DNA of 64,000 nt from a candidate division WOR-3 bacterium (GCA_039801885.1 JBDRVN010000001.1:1-64000), one strand, 5' to 3'. Counted from the stretch's first letter, positions 1 through 10,477 are shown. Numbers and translations are program-made. The notes: generated from the sequence alone by a model not told the origin.

Positions 1-261
1 AATTTCTAAATCTTCTTCTTTTAAATATTTAGGAATTATACCTCCATGAACGATTAGCGAAGCAGCTTCGTAAGGACAACCTTTGGGCACCGCTAACATA
101 TGAACACCAAGTAAATCAAGTTCTTTAACTAAAGAATTTTTATACCCCTGGTTAAAAGTTAGCAAAGAAAAAAGTAGAAAGATAGCAATGGCAATACCAA
201 AAATTGTGAGCAAAGTCCTTGTTTTTCTTCTTAAAAGATTTTTAATAATTAAAATAAACAT
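1..261 (-). CDS. ABC transporter permease, MacB/FtsX family (5' part; runs off the window)
   Basis: Manual translation from ATG at 261: MFILIIKNLLRRKTRTLLTIFGIAIAIFLLFSLLTF..., a typical MacB-type permease N-terminus. Confidence 0.8.
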   Translation of the reverse strand, partial: MFILIIKNLLRRKTRTLLTIFGIAIAIFLLFSLLTFNQGYKNSLVKELDLLGVHMLAVPKGCPYEAASLIVHGGIIPKYLKEEDLEI

Positions 262-262
262 A

Positions 263-613
263 TTATTTAAATTTTAAACCCTTGCCGATAATTAGTGGTT
301 CCCCATTTTTTATTTCCACCTTGCCGTAAACAATTACTTCTTTGCCAATTCTTTGGGGAATAGCAAATTGAGAAGGCGCCAAATCCACATAGATTTGGCC
401 AGTTTCATCTTTAATAAAAAACCAACAGCCACTACCACACTCAGCAACAATTTTACCAGTTATTAAAATATCTTTATTTTGATATTCCTTTGGTGAATTA
501 AGAATCTCTTTGATCGGAATTGACGAAAGGTTTTGGGGTATTTCTTTTCCGTATTTATCTTTTACTTTACAAGAGAATAATAAAGTAATAATTAAAGGTA
601 TTAATTTTTTCAT
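263..613 (-). CDS. OB-fold lipoprotein
   Basis: Lipobox-like LLFSC; OB-fold pattern (ITGKIV..C..GCWFFIKDETGQIYV..VIVYGKV). Confidence 0.6.
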   Translation of the reverse strand: MKKLIPLIITLLFSCKVKDKYGKEIPQNLSSIPIKEILNSPKEYQNKDILITGKIVAECGSGCWFFIKDETGQIYVDLAPSQFAIPQRIGKEVIVYGKVEIKNGEPLIIGKGLKFK

Positions 614-1146
614 TTTTCCTCCTTTAAAATTTGATAAACAATTAACATCTTTTTTACCGAAAAGGCGATCGCCTTTGATGCCTTTTCAGCTCCTTTTATG
701 GGTTTAATTGTTTTATTTATTTCAATGGTGTCTTGGAAACTTTTGCCAGTAAACTGATTTAAAAAATTCTCGCTTCTCAATTCTTTACTTTTTATCTCCC
801 GGTCCCTTTGGATTAAAACTTTTTGAACTCTATTTAAAGTATCTAAGCCAATAACTACTTCAATTGCTCCATATTGTCCTTTTTCGGTATGGGTAAGAAC
901 CGTGCCAATTCTTTTTTTACCCAGAAAAATTTGATAAAAAGTGAATTCCGTCTCATCGGGATCTAATTCCTTATTAATAAATTTCTCAATTTTTTCTTTT
1001 TCTTCCTTATCGTATCTTCTAATAATACTTTTATAACCTGTTGCCTTAGGGAAAACTTTTTTAATATCCTTATCCGGATTACGCCAAATACAGACTCCGG
1101 CAAAGATAATCTCGGTTATCAATAGAGATAGAAATAGTTTTTTCAT
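610..1146 (-). CDS. Exported FMN-binding-domain-like protein (RnfG/NqrC-like fold)
   Basis: Signal peptide; KGQYGAIEVVIG, FLNQFTGKS, IKGA..AS.AI pattern; the flavinylated Thr/Ser motif is degenerate. Confidence 0.6.
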   Translation of the reverse strand: MKKLFLSLLITEIIFAGVCIWRNPDKDIKKVFPKATGYKSIIRRYDKEEKEKIEKFINKELDPDETEFTFYQIFLGKKRIGTVLTHTEKGQYGAIEVVIGLDTLNRVQKVLIQRDREIKSKELRSENFLNQFTGKSFQDTIEINKTIKPIKGAEKASKAIAFSVKKMLIVYQILKEEK

Positions 1147-1931
1147 ATTTTAAAATTTCCTTGGATTATTGGTTTAAATTCTTTTTTGAATAGATAATTA
1201 ATTCCTAATTTTAACTCTAAAAATCGCCAATCTTTTGCTAATTCTAAATTGAGATTATTTTCTTTTTCCCAATATTTATAACCAAATTTTGTTTCTAATT
1301 CCCAAAAAGGAATAAAAGTTAAAACAAAAAATATCCCTTTCTTTTTGGTAAAAGAATAGACAAATTCACTTTTTAAATCAAAAAGGAGATAGATAAGGTT
1401 GATATCAAAGGCAGCAAATTTTTCTTTCTCTTTTAAAAAAGTGAAGCCAAATTTGCTTTTTTCTTTATCTAAGCCTAACCTTAAAGTAAAAACGAGATTT
1501 TTAAATTCCCAATCGGAAAAGGAATAATTAAAATCAAAAAGAAAATCTTTTAGATAACCAAAGAAAGAAACACCAATATTTTTCTTATAACCTAAAACAT
1601 CTTCATACAAAGGTTGGAAGATAAGGAAATGAGTTTCATAATATTTCAAAAGAGAAAAGGGAATATCAAATCGGCCAATTTTTAAATTTAAAATTCCCAT
1701 CGGACTTTTTAAGTAAAAATATTCATCGCCGTAATGTTGCCAAAAATGATTATTAAAATGAGAAGCGAAGGGAATTTGAAAAAAGATTAGTAGTCGGTCA
1801 TAATCCTCACCAAAAACAAATCGGAAATCAATCTCTGAACCGTGGAGAATAAATTCTTTATCGCAACGCCAAGTAAAATATCCATCAATTTTATAAGAAA
1901 AGTTAAACAATAAAAATAACAAAATAATCAT
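1143..1931 (-). CDS. Hypothetical outer-membrane beta-barrel-like protein
   Basis: Likely start MIILLFLLF at 1931 (ATGA overlap with the upstream stop); LKIGRFDIPF porin-like motif; aromatic-rich strands. Confidence 0.5.
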   Translation of the reverse strand: MIILLFLLFNFSYKIDGYFTWRCDKEFILHGSEIDFRFVFGEDYDRLLIFFQIPFASHFNNHFWQHYGDEYFYLKSPMGILNLKIGRFDIPFSLLKYYETHFLIFQPLYEDVLGYKKNIGVSFFGYLKDFLFDFNYSFSDWEFKNLVFTLRLGLDKEKSKFGFTFLKEKEKFAAFDINLIYLLFDLKSEFVYSFTKKKGIFFVLTFIPFWELETKFGYKYWEKENNLNLELAKDWRFLELKLGINYLFKKEFKPIIQGNFKI

Positions 1932-2482
1932 AAATATTTTAATATCTCTTTGATTATTGAAATTATCTCCCTGGGATTTTCTCCTAATATAACAAACAAA
2001 GGCTCTTTTCCTAAACCAGCCGTCTCGTAAAATATCTGAGGAATTTCCTTGTATCTTTTGTAAAGATAGGCAATTTTCCAAGGCATGGACTTTTTATCTT
2101 TTAACCGAAATCTTTCTGGTTCTTTCTCACGATCAATCACACCAATTTTTATTTTTCTTTCTTTCACAACTTTTTTAATTATCTTTAGCATCTTTCTGTC
2201 AAATTTAAAATTAATTGCGGAAAAATATTTTTTATTATATTTTCTTACTTCTAGCAGTAGCCGGGCAAGATGGTCAGAAGCACCAAATTTTATTTTTCCT
2301 GCCGGATAAGGCTTATTATTAACAACTGTTATTCTACCATCAACACCAGCAATATCTTTTATTTTTTTCATATTTTCTTTACCGTAAACAAAATTTGTCC
2401 GCACTTCCGGAATCAAATAAATAAATTTCTTTTCTTTCTTTAGTTCCTTAACCGCTTTTTCTAATTCTTTTATTATTTTCAT
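1928..2482 (-). CDS. thiN: Stand-alone ThiN-type thiamine-phosphate synthase domain protein
   Basis: LIPEVRTNFVY, DIAGVDGRI, FGASDHLAR, SAINFKF, GLGKEPL motifs. Confidence 0.75.
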   Translation of the reverse strand: MKIIKELEKAVKELKKEKKFIYLIPEVRTNFVYGKENMKKIKDIAGVDGRITVVNNKPYPAGKIKFGASDHLARLLLEVRKYNKKYFSAINFKFDRKMLKIIKKVVKERKIKIGVIDREKEPERFRLKDKKSMPWKIAYLYKRYKEIPQIFYETAGLGKEPLFVILGENPREIISIIKEILKYL

Positions 2483-3495
2483 AAAACACTAAAATAGGCA
2501 TTCCAAAAGGGATCCACTTTTACTGGTCGAAGTTCTTCTTCTTTACCATCCTTTTTTATAAAAACTCTTTCTTTTTCAATAACCTCGCCAATCTCCCAGG
2601 CAGAAATTCCGTTTTCTTTAAGATCTTTTATCAAATCTGCTGTCTTTTCTTGGGAAAGAGTAATAATTAATGTTCCTTCACTTATTGAGATTAATGGGTT
2701 AATTTTAAAATAATCACAGATGACCTTCACTTCTTCTAAAATTGGAATTTTCTCTTCATAAATTATTACACCTACCTTACTGGCTTCGGCAATTTCGTAC
2801 ACTCCATTTAAAAGTCCGCCTTCAGTTGCATCGTGCATCGCATTTGCATATTTTCTGGCAGTTAAAGCATCTTTCACAACGGTCATCTCCCAAATTAGTT
2901 TCTTTGCTTTTTCAATCAATTTTTTATTAATAACCTGTTTTAATTTATCTTCGGCTTGATATGCCAAAATTCCTGCTGCTTCAATTGCTGGTCCTTTAGT
3001 AATTACTATTTTATCACCAATCTGAGCATTATTGGGAGGTGTTAATTCTTCCTTCTTACCAAACCCCCATACTGTGCAACCGCCATTTAAAGGATAACTA
3101 ATTCCTGGATAAACACCAGTGTGACCGCCAACAATTGCGATCCCTAATTTTTCACATTCTAAAGAAATTTGTTTCCAAAATTCCTCTAAGGTTTTTATAT
3201 CGGTTCCGGGAGGCAAAAGAAGTGATATTGTTAAATATTCTGGTTTCACACCTAAAACCGCAACATCACTAGCACAGATATGAACGATAAGAAAACCAAA
3301 AAAAGGCATTATTACCGGCATACCAAATGTTGGGTCGCAAGCAACTGCCATTACTTTTTCTTCATTAATTTCAATTACTCCAGCATCAACTCCGTGCATC
3401 GGTTTAATAAGAACTTTTTGGTCAAATTTCCCCAAGTTAGGAAAAATAATTCTGTCAAAAACTTCTTTATCAATTTTGCCAATTTTGGGCAACAT
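2479..3495 (-). CDS. AIR synthase-related (PurM-like) ATP-binding protein
   Basis: GKI..GVDAGV, DP, SDVA, IVGGHT, MHDATEGGL, ISEGTL motifs of the PurM/HypE/ThiL superfamily. Confidence 0.8.
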   Translation of the reverse strand: MLPKIGKIDKEVFDRIIFPNLGKFDQKVLIKPMHGVDAGVIEINEEKVMAVACDPTFGMPVIMPFFGFLIVHICASDVAVLGVKPEYLTISLLLPPGTDIKTLEEFWKQISLECEKLGIAIVGGHTGVYPGISYPLNGGCTVWGFGKKEELTPPNNAQIGDKIVITKGPAIEAAGILAYQAEDKLKQVINKKLIEKAKKLIWEMTVVKDALTARKYANAMHDATEGGLLNGVYEIAEASKVGVIIYEEKIPILEEVKVICDYFKINPLISISEGTLIITLSQEKTADLIKDLKENGISAWEIGEVIEKERVFIKKDGKEEELRPVKVDPFWNAYFSVL

Positions 3496-3497
3496 AA

Positions 3498-3902
3498 TTA
3501 CCTCTCTTTTAATAAATCTTTTAATGTTAAAGTGCTAAGTATTTTCTTCCAATTTTTACTCAACAATTGCCATAATCTCCTTGCCTCACAATATTTTGAC
3601 CTTTTACAGATTTGTGAATTTAAAACACAATCAACTAAAGAAATTTCGCCATCCAAAGCCTTAAAGATCGCCAATAATTTAATCTCCTTTGGTTTTGAAG
3701 TAAGTAAATATCCCCCCTCCTTTCCTCTAACACTTCTTACCAAACCGGCTTTTAAAAGAAGATTTATAATCTTTTCGGCATACTTAATTGGTATCTCTTG
3801 CTTTTGGGCAATAAATTTTAATGATAATGGCTCTTTTTTATAATTTCTACCCATTTGAATCATCAGTCTTAATCCGTAACGTAAAATTGTCGTTACTCTC
3901 AT
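3498..3902 (-). CDS. Rrf2 family transcriptional regulator
   Basis: YGLR..M, LVRSVRGKEGGYLL, three C-terminal Cys (potential Fe-S ligands). Confidence 0.9.
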   Translation of the reverse strand: MRVTTILRYGLRLMIQMGRNYKKEPLSLKFIAQKQEIPIKYAEKIINLLLKAGLVRSVRGKEGGYLLTSKPKEIKLLAIFKALDGEISLVDCVLNSQICKRSKYCEARRLWQLLSKNWKKILSTLTLKDLLKER

Positions 3903-4161
3903 TTCCTACTATTTCTATCTGAATAATTATAATTAAAATTTTAAAAAAGTCAATAAATTGTTTTGTGAAAAATAAAATTGAAGGATAATAGATTTTTATT
4001 AAACTTTTGCTTTTAGAGATATTTCTTTGTAATTTAAGGTAATCAAAAGTTAAAAAAATTATGCTAAATTGTTCATTGGGTAATATAATTAAAACCTTTT
4101 AGTTACTATTTTATTATTGACTTTTATAAATTTAATAAAAATTAATAACTTTATATTTTTG

Positions 4162-4189
4162 TTGACTTTTATTTATGATAAATTATAAT
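4162..4189 (+). promoter_or_regulatory. sigma70-type promoter for the mre operon
   Basis: TTGACT-N16-TATAAT ending 5 nt before the GTG start. Confidence 0.6.
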
Positions 4190-4194
4190 AAATT

Positions 4195-5238
4195 GTGTTT
4201 GGGTTTTTTGCTTCTATAAAGGAAAGATTTAGTAATGAGATCGCTATTGATTTAGGCACTTCTTCTACGCTTATTTATGTGAAAGGTAAGGGAATAATGT
4301 TAAGAGAACCTTCTATTGTTACTGTTGATGAGAAGAATCATACGCCGATTGCAGTTGGCTTAGAAGCGAAAAAGATGCTTGGCAGAACTCCGGAAGGTTT
4401 AAAGGCAATAAGACCAATGAAAGATGGCGTTATTGCTGATTTCAGTTTAGTAGAAGTAATGTTAAGAACTTTTATTGAGAAGGTCCAAAGAAAAAAATTA
4501 TTTGTAAGACCAAAAGTTATTATTTGTGTTCCTTCTGGTGTTACCGAAGTTGAAAAAAGGGCAGTCAGAGATTCGGCAGAAGCTTGCGGTGCTCGTGAAG
4601 TATATTTAGTATCAGAACCAATTGCTGCGGCGGTAGGTGTTGGTTTACCGGTTGATGCACCAACGGGGAATATGATTATTGATATTGGTGGTGGAACAAC
4701 AGAAATTGCTGTTGTTGCTTTGTCGGGAGTAGTAACTTGTAATTCTATCAGGGTTGCCGGTGACGAAATGGATGAGGCGATCATCAATTATATCAAAAAG
4801 AATTATAATTTAGTAATTGGCGAACAAACTGCCGAAATGATAAAAATCCAAATTGGGCAAGCCTATCCAACTGGTCAAGAAGAAGAAATGGAAGTTAAAG
4901 GCCGGGATTTAGTTTCAGGAATTCCCAAAACAATTAAACTTACCTCTTTAAAAATTCGTGAAGCTTTACAGGAACCGGTATCAATTATCGTTGGTGCAGT
5001 AAAAAAAGCTTTAGAAAGGACACCACCGGAATTGGCAGCTGATATTGTGGACCATGGTATCTATATGACCGGTGGCGGTTCTTTATTAAAAGGACTTGAT
5101 AAATTGATTAGCGAAGAAACAAATTTAAAGGTTTATGTGGCAGAAAATCCTATTGACTGTGTGGTATTAGGTGCGGGGAAAATTTTGGAAGATATAAAAA
5201 AGAATTCTAAACTATTATTAAAAACCGATTTTTCCTAA
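4195..5238 (+). CDS. mreB: Rod shape-determining protein MreB
   Basis: IDLGT, RPMKDGVIADF, DIGGGTTE, TGGGSLL. Confidence 0.97.
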   Translation: MFGFFASIKERFSNEIAIDLGTSSTLIYVKGKGIMLREPSIVTVDEKNHTPIAVGLEAKKMLGRTPEGLKAIRPMKDGVIADFSLVEVMLRTFIEKVQRKKLFVRPKVIICVPSGVTEVEKRAVRDSAEACGAREVYLVSEPIAAAVGVGLPVDAPTGNMIIDIGGGTTEIAVVALSGVVTCNSIRVAGDEMDEAIINYIKKNYNLVIGEQTAEMIKIQIGQAYPTGQEEEMEVKGRDLVSGIPKTIKLTSLKIREALQEPVSIIVGAVKKALERTPPELAADIVDHGIYMTGGGSLLKGLDKLISEETNLKVYVAENPIDCVVLGAGKILEDIKKNSKLLLKTDFS

Positions 5239-5241
5239 AAT

Positions 5242-6081
5242 TTGTTGATATCCAAGAAAAGAAGCGAAAAAGAAAAATATCTTTCTCTTATCTTTATTTT
5301 TCTATCTTTAATTATCTTTTTCTTTCCAAGAGATTTTAAATTAAAAATATCTCTTTTGCCTAATTCTATTATTTTAAAACCTTTATTAATTGTTAGACAA
5401 TTTTTATTATCTTTAAAAAACTATCAAAAGGAGAGAAATTATCTTTACGAACTTTTTTTGAGAGAGAATTTAACCTTAGCCCAATTAAAAAAAATCTCTA
5501 ATCTTTCTTCTTTTTCTTTGGAATCTTTAGAGAATGCTTATATTATAAGAAGAGCAAATATTATCAGTCGAGATAATTCTTTAAGGAAGTATTTAATTAT
5601 TGATAAGGGTTTAAGAGATTCAATAATGGTAAATCTTGCTGTTGTCTCTTATGAAGGAGTTGTGGGGAAAGTTATTGCTTGTAGCGATGAAATAAGCGTT
5701 GTAGAAACTTTTTATTCTCCTTATTCTAAAATCTCCGCAAAAGTTAAAAGAAACAATTATCTTACCTGTGTGGGCTGTAAAGGTGCTGTCTTGTATTTAG
5801 ACTATTTAGATGAAAAATGTGATATTATGGAAAATGATACAATTGTCTCAACAGAAATTGGCGGAATTTTCCCTGAAGGATTAAAAATTGGTGTTGTAAA
5901 AAAGATTGAAAGAAAAGGGAACGGTACTTTTAATATAATAATTGAACCAGCAGTTAATTTGCTTAAAATTGATGATGTTTATATCTTACAAAAGAGAACA
6001 AGAAAAATTAAAAAAGACGAATTGGAGTTATTATTAAAACAGTTGGAATTGAAATTGCCGGAAATAAAATTTATAAAATGA
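5242..6081 (+). CDS. mreC: Rod shape-determining protein MreC
   Basis: N-terminal TM, IIDKG, GVVGKV, GGIFPEGLKIG; follows mreB. Confidence 0.88.
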   Translation: MLISKKRSEKEKYLSLIFIFLSLIIFFFPRDFKLKISLLPNSIILKPLLIVRQFLLSLKNYQKERNYLYELFLRENLTLAQLKKISNLSSFSLESLENAYIIRRANIISRDNSLRKYLIIDKGLRDSIMVNLAVVSYEGVVGKVIACSDEISVVETFYSPYSKISAKVKRNNYLTCVGCKGAVLYLDYLDEKCDIMENDTIVSTEIGGIFPEGLKIGVVKKIERKGNGTFNIIIEPAVNLLKIDDVYILQKRTRKIKKDELELLLKQLELKLPEIKFIK

Positions 6082-6473
6082 AAAAAATCTTCTTAATAAT
6101 CCTGATTTATCTTTTTTTTCTTTTAGAAAACTTATCTCCCAATATTTTCCCCAAAATTAGTATCACCCTTTTCATTTTTTCTTGTTTTTCTTCTTCTTTA
6201 TTATTTTCCACCCTTTTAGGTCTTTTCTTAGGACTTTTATTTGATTTAAATAATCCAGCAATTTTCGGTCTTAATATGTTTATCTTCTCTAGTATCGGTT
6301 TTCTTCTCCCCTATCTACGTCACTTTATCCTACCAACAACTTATAATATTTTATTTTCCTTAATTTTCACTCTTTTTCTCTTTTTTATTATTAATCAAAA
6401 TTTTTTTTTAATAAGTTTTCTTTTAACATTATTGTTTTTCTTTTTAATTAAAAAGTATGAAAAGAAAATTTAA
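6078..6473 (+). CDS. mreD: Rod shape-determining protein MreD
   Basis: Hydrophobic, GLFLGLLFDL..FG motif; position in the operon. Confidence 0.75.
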   Translation: MKKIFLIILIYLFFLLENLSPNIFPKISITLFIFSCFSSSLLFSTLLGLFLGLLFDLNNPAIFGLNMFIFSSIGFLLPYLRHFILPTTYNILFSLIFTLFLFFIINQNFFLISFLLTLLFFFLIKKYEKKI

Positions 6474-8253
6474 AAATTTCATCATTTTTGCCTTTTTGCT
6501 TTTTTTAATTCTTTTTAGTAGAGTTTTTTATTTACAAGTTTTAAAGGGAGAAAGATACGAAAGATTGGCTTATAACCAAAGAATAAGAAAAGTTATTTTA
6601 AGGGCACCGAGAGGAAAAATATTTGATGCCAAAGGTTTTTTAATTGCTGACACCAAATTATCTTATAATTTATCTATATTACCCCAAGAGATTGATACCG
6701 GTTTTATATTTCAATATCTTCCCAAAATCCTTGATATTGATAATTATAATTTAAGAGAAAAAATAACGGAATATAAAAATTATCCTTATCCAATTTTAAT
6801 CAAAAGAAATTTATCAAAAGAAGAGATAATTAAATTAGAAGAGAATTTGATATTTAAACAAGGGATAAGAATTGAAATTAGTCCGCGTAGGAATTATCCT
6901 TTTAAAAATGTCTCTTCCTTGGCAATTGGTTATTTAAATGAAACTTCCCAAGAAGATTTAAATAAAGATACCCTTTATAATTTTGGTGATTTGGTTGGTA
7001 GATATGGAATAGAAGGATATTACGAAAAGATTTTAAGAGGGAAAAATGGCCTTGCCTTAATTGAAGTAGATGCTCGCGGAAAAGAAATTCAACCTTTTTC
7101 CGAAGCAAAAGAGATTCCGGCGATTCCCGGTGCTGATATTTATCTCTCTTTAGATATAAATTTAAACTTATTATGCGATTCTTTACTTAATAATTATTTG
7201 GCTGGTTTAATATTAGGCATCGAACCGACTACCGGAAGAATTATTATTTTTTCCGGAAAACCAAATTTTGACCCAAACATATTTTTAGGATTAAATCACG
7301 AAGAATGGCAAAGATTAATAAAAGATAAAAGAAAACCATTATTCTCCCGAATTGTTGCTGGTGTTTATCCGCCTGGTTCTACTTTTAAACCTTTTATTGC
7401 CTTAAAAGCTTTAAATAACAAATTAATAAATAGAAACTTCCGATTTTCTCCCTGTGATGCTCAATACAAAATTGGCAAAAGAATTTTCCGATGCTGGCAG
7501 CGCCATGGTTCTTTAAATTTGATTGATGCGATTGCTTATTCTTGTAATATCTATTTTTACCAATTGGGAATAAAATTAGGATTAAAAGAAATTTTAGAAT
7601 TAATAAAAGATTTAAATATCCAAAAGAAAACCGATATTGACTTATTAGAAGAGATAAATTCCCGGATCCCTAATTACCAAACTGCTCCTTTAGGAAAAGT
7701 AGCTAATCTTTCTATTGGACAAGGTGAAATAGCATTAACACCAATTAAATTAGCACAAATTTATTGCGGAATATTTAATAACGGCTTTGTTCCCCAACCC
7801 CATTTTCTTGATTCAATAAAAAATACCAAAATTTTCCACAAAGATTTTTTAGATTCTTTAATGAAAAAGAATATTATCAAAATTGCTATTAATGATAAGA
7901 ACGAAACCCTTTATCAATATATAAATAAATTTTATCAAATCCCTTTTCCTCAAAAAGCGATAGAAACTGTGAAAGAGGGCTTATTAGCGGTGGTAGAAAA
8001 GGGAACCGGTAGAAGTGCGAGTGTTAATGGTTTAAAAATTTATGGAAAAACCGGAACTGCCCAAAATCCTTTTGGCAAAGATCATGCTTGGTTTGTTGGC
8101 TATGCCGAAAAAAATAATAAAAATTTATTATTAGTAATTCTTTTAGAAAATGTTGGTGCCGGTGGCGCTTATGCTGCACCGGTAGCAAGAGAAATTTTTG
8201 CTCGATACTTTTCGGAATATGTGGCGGAAGGGAAAAACAATTTTAATAATTAG
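6457..8253 (+). CDS. mrdA: Penicillin-binding protein 2
   Basis: APRGKIFD, PGSTFK (SxxK), SCN, KTGTAQ. Confidence 0.95.
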   Translation: MKRKFKNFIIFAFLLFLILFSRVFYLQVLKGERYERLAYNQRIRKVILRAPRGKIFDAKGFLIADTKLSYNLSILPQEIDTGFIFQYLPKILDIDNYNLREKITEYKNYPYPILIKRNLSKEEIIKLEENLIFKQGIRIEISPRRNYPFKNVSSLAIGYLNETSQEDLNKDTLYNFGDLVGRYGIEGYYEKILRGKNGLALIEVDARGKEIQPFSEAKEIPAIPGADIYLSLDINLNLLCDSLLNNYLAGLILGIEPTTGRIIIFSGKPNFDPNIFLGLNHEEWQRLIKDKRKPLFSRIVAGVYPPGSTFKPFIALKALNNKLINRNFRFSPCDAQYKIGKRIFRCWQRHGSLNLIDAIAYSCNIYFYQLGIKLGLKEILELIKDLNIQKKTDIDLLEEINSRIPNYQTAPLGKVANLSIGQGEIALTPIKLAQIYCGIFNNGFVPQPHFLDSIKNTKIFHKDFLDSLMKKNIIKIAINDKNETLYQYINKFYQIPFPQKAIETVKEGLLAVVEKGTGRSASVNGLKIYGKTGTAQNPFGKDHAWFVGYAEKNNKNLLLVILLENVGAGGAYAAPVAREIFARYFSEYVAEGKNNFNN

Positions 8254-9385
8254 TTTAACTTTAATTATTCTCGGTTTTCTTACTATTTATCTTACCGGTG
8301 GGAAAAACTATCTTTTTCGTCAAATTGTTTTTTTTATACTGGGATTATTTCTTTTAACATTATCAATGAGAATCCCTTTAAAAATAGTTTTTGATTTAAG
8401 TCTTTATTGGTATCTATTTTCCATTATTTTATTAATATTGGCTTTATTTCTTTCGAAGAATAGTGCCAAGAGGTGGTTAGATTTTTATTTCTTTACTTTT
8501 CAACCCTCCGAGATAGCAAAAATTACTTATGTTTTATTTTTAGCCTATTTTTTATCTAACCAAAAAAAATTTGATTTTAACTTTAATTCCCTATTTTTAC
8601 CAGTTTTGATAACTTTACTACCAATTTTTTTAGTTTTAATTGAACCCGATTTGGGCTCAGCCTTTTCTTTTCTTTTTACCTTTGCTGTTCTTTTATATTT
8701 TCGAGGATTTTCCTTTTCCCAAATTTTTATTCTTTATTCACCATTATTTTCTTTTATCTTTGGTTTTTCTTTATTAACCTGGATTATATACTTTCTATTA
8801 CTCATTTTCATTGCTTTTAGAAAAAATACTATCTTTTATGGTTTTGGAGTTTTGGCAATAAATAGTTTTTTCGGACTTTTAAATCCCTTAATCTGGCAGA
8901 ATCTAAAGGAATATCAAAAAGAAAGAATTATCGCCTTTTTGGCTCCTTATTTGGATCCAAAAGGAATGAGTTGGAGTGCTATTCAAGCCCAGATTGCGAT
9001 CGGTAGCGGTAGAATCTTGGGGAAAAGTTTTTTTCATCCACCATTAAGCAGATTAGATTTTATCCCTAATCCCCACACCGATTTTATCTTTGCTACTTAT
9101 TCAGAGAAATTTGGTTTAATCGGAGTAATCTTCTTGATCTTATTATATTTCTTGCTTCTCTATCAGATTTATCATTATCTAATTAAAAATATTGATTTAA
9201 AATACCAACTGGCAATTGCTGGTTTTGGTGCCATTTTTCTTTACCATATTTTTGTAAATTTAGGAATGGTATCAGGAATTTTGCCTGTTACTGGTTTAAC
9301 TCTGCCTTTCGTTTCTTATGGTGGAACTTCTTTAGTTAGTAACTTGATAATAATCGGGTTAATCCTAAATTTAATTAATCAATAA
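8198..9385 (+). CDS. rodA: Rod shape-determining protein RodA (start may be ATG 8219)
   Basis: FQPSEIAK, EPDLG, AIGSG, HTDFIF, PVTGLTLPFVSYGGTS. Confidence 0.93.
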   Translation: MLDTFRNMWRKGKTILIISLTLIILGFLTIYLTGGKNYLFRQIVFFILGLFLLTLSMRIPLKIVFDLSLYWYLFSIILLILALFLSKNSAKRWLDFYFFTFQPSEIAKITYVLFLAYFLSNQKKFDFNFNSLFLPVLITLLPIFLVLIEPDLGSAFSFLFTFAVLLYFRGFSFSQIFILYSPLFSFIFGFSLLTWIIYFLLLIFIAFRKNTIFYGFGVLAINSFFGLLNPLIWQNLKEYQKERIIAFLAPYLDPKGMSWSAIQAQIAIGSGRILGKSFFHPPLSRLDFIPNPHTDFIFATYSEKFGLIGVIFLILLYFLLLYQIYHYLIKNIDLKYQLAIAGFGAIFLYHIFVNLGMVSGILPVTGLTLPFVSYGGTSLVSNLIIIGLILNLINQ

Positions 9386-10404
9386 TGGAAAATATAAAAT
9401 CTTTTACTATTAAACAATTTAAAGAATTGGTAAAAAATTTCAATTGGCAAGAATATAATGCTTATCAAATATTTCAATGGCTTTGGCAGAAGAAAGTTAA
9501 TGATTTTTCTTTAATGACCAATCTTTCTAAATCAAAAAGAGAATATTTAAAAAATAATTTTATAATTGGTGAACTAAAAATTCTTGCTACTAAAAAAGCA
9601 AAGGATGGAACCGAAAAATTTCTTTTTGAATTATCTGATAATAGTAAAGTCGAAGCTGTCTTCATTCCTAAAGAGAAAAGAAGAACAATTTGTATATCTT
9701 CCCAAGTAGGCTGTCCATTAAAATGTCTTCTTTGTAATAGTGGCAAAATTCCTTTTAAAAGAAATTTATATTTCTATGAGATTTGCGATCAGATATTAAT
9801 GATTGAGAAACAATTAAATATCAGACCAACAAACATTGTTTTTATGGGAATTGGCGAACCATTATTAAATTTAGAAGAAGTCTTGAAGGCAATCCAAGTT
9901 ATTAATTCGTCTATTGGCTTTGGAATAAGTGCCAGAAAAATTACTATTTCTACCGCGGGAATTATTGAAGGTATATATCGTTTATCTGAAATAAAAAATA
10001 AAATAAAATTAGCAATCTCTTTAAATGCCACCAAAGATGAGATTAGAGAGTATTTAATGCCCATAAATAAAAAATATCCCCTTTCCGAAATTTTAAAGGC
10101 TTGTGAATACTACTGGCAGAAAAAGAGAGAAAGAATAACCTTTGAATATGTTTTGATAAGAGATATTAATGATAGCGAACAAGATGCCTATAATTTAATA
10201 AATATGTTAAGAAAGATTCCCTGCAAAATCAATCTAATTCCCTTTAATCCCTTTTCAGAGGTTTCTTTTCAGCCACCTTCTTTAAAAACAATAGAAAAAT
10301 TTATGGAAATATTAGCCGAAGCCAATTATACCGTAACTTTAAGAAAAAGCCGCGGCCAAGAAATCCTTGCTGGTTGTGGCCAACTTGCTTATCAAAATTA
10401 TTAA
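9385..10404 (+). CDS. rlmN: Dual-specificity RNA methyltransferase RlmN (radical SAM)
   Basis: CISSQVGCPLKCLLC, FMGIGEPL, C-terminal GCGQL. Confidence 0.95.
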   Translation: MENIKSFTIKQFKELVKNFNWQEYNAYQIFQWLWQKKVNDFSLMTNLSKSKREYLKNNFIIGELKILATKKAKDGTEKFLFELSDNSKVEAVFIPKEKRRTICISSQVGCPLKCLLCNSGKIPFKRNLYFYEICDQILMIEKQLNIRPTNIVFMGIGEPLLNLEEVLKAIQVINSSIGFGISARKITISTAGIIEGIYRLSEIKNKIKLAISLNATKDEIREYLMPINKKYPLSEILKACEYYWQKKRERITFEYVLIRDINDSEQDAYNLINMLRKIPCKINLIPFNPFSEVSFQPPSLKTIEKFMEILAEANYTVTLRKSRGQEILAGCGQLAYQNY

Positions 10405-10477
10405 AAACTAATTAAATAATTACATTGAAAAATAATAAAATTTTAATATAATTTTTTTTAATTAAAAGGAGTTATAT

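Noticed and set aside
2479-3495. PurM-like protein as selenophosphate synthetase SelD
   Set aside because: It lacks the N-terminal G-C/U-x-x-K motif and the DFF motif of SelD; it fits the uncharacterised PurM-like group.
4042-4069. dif site around TTATGCTAAAT
   Set aside because: Only the XerD-like arm matches; there is no XerC arm at the right spacing.
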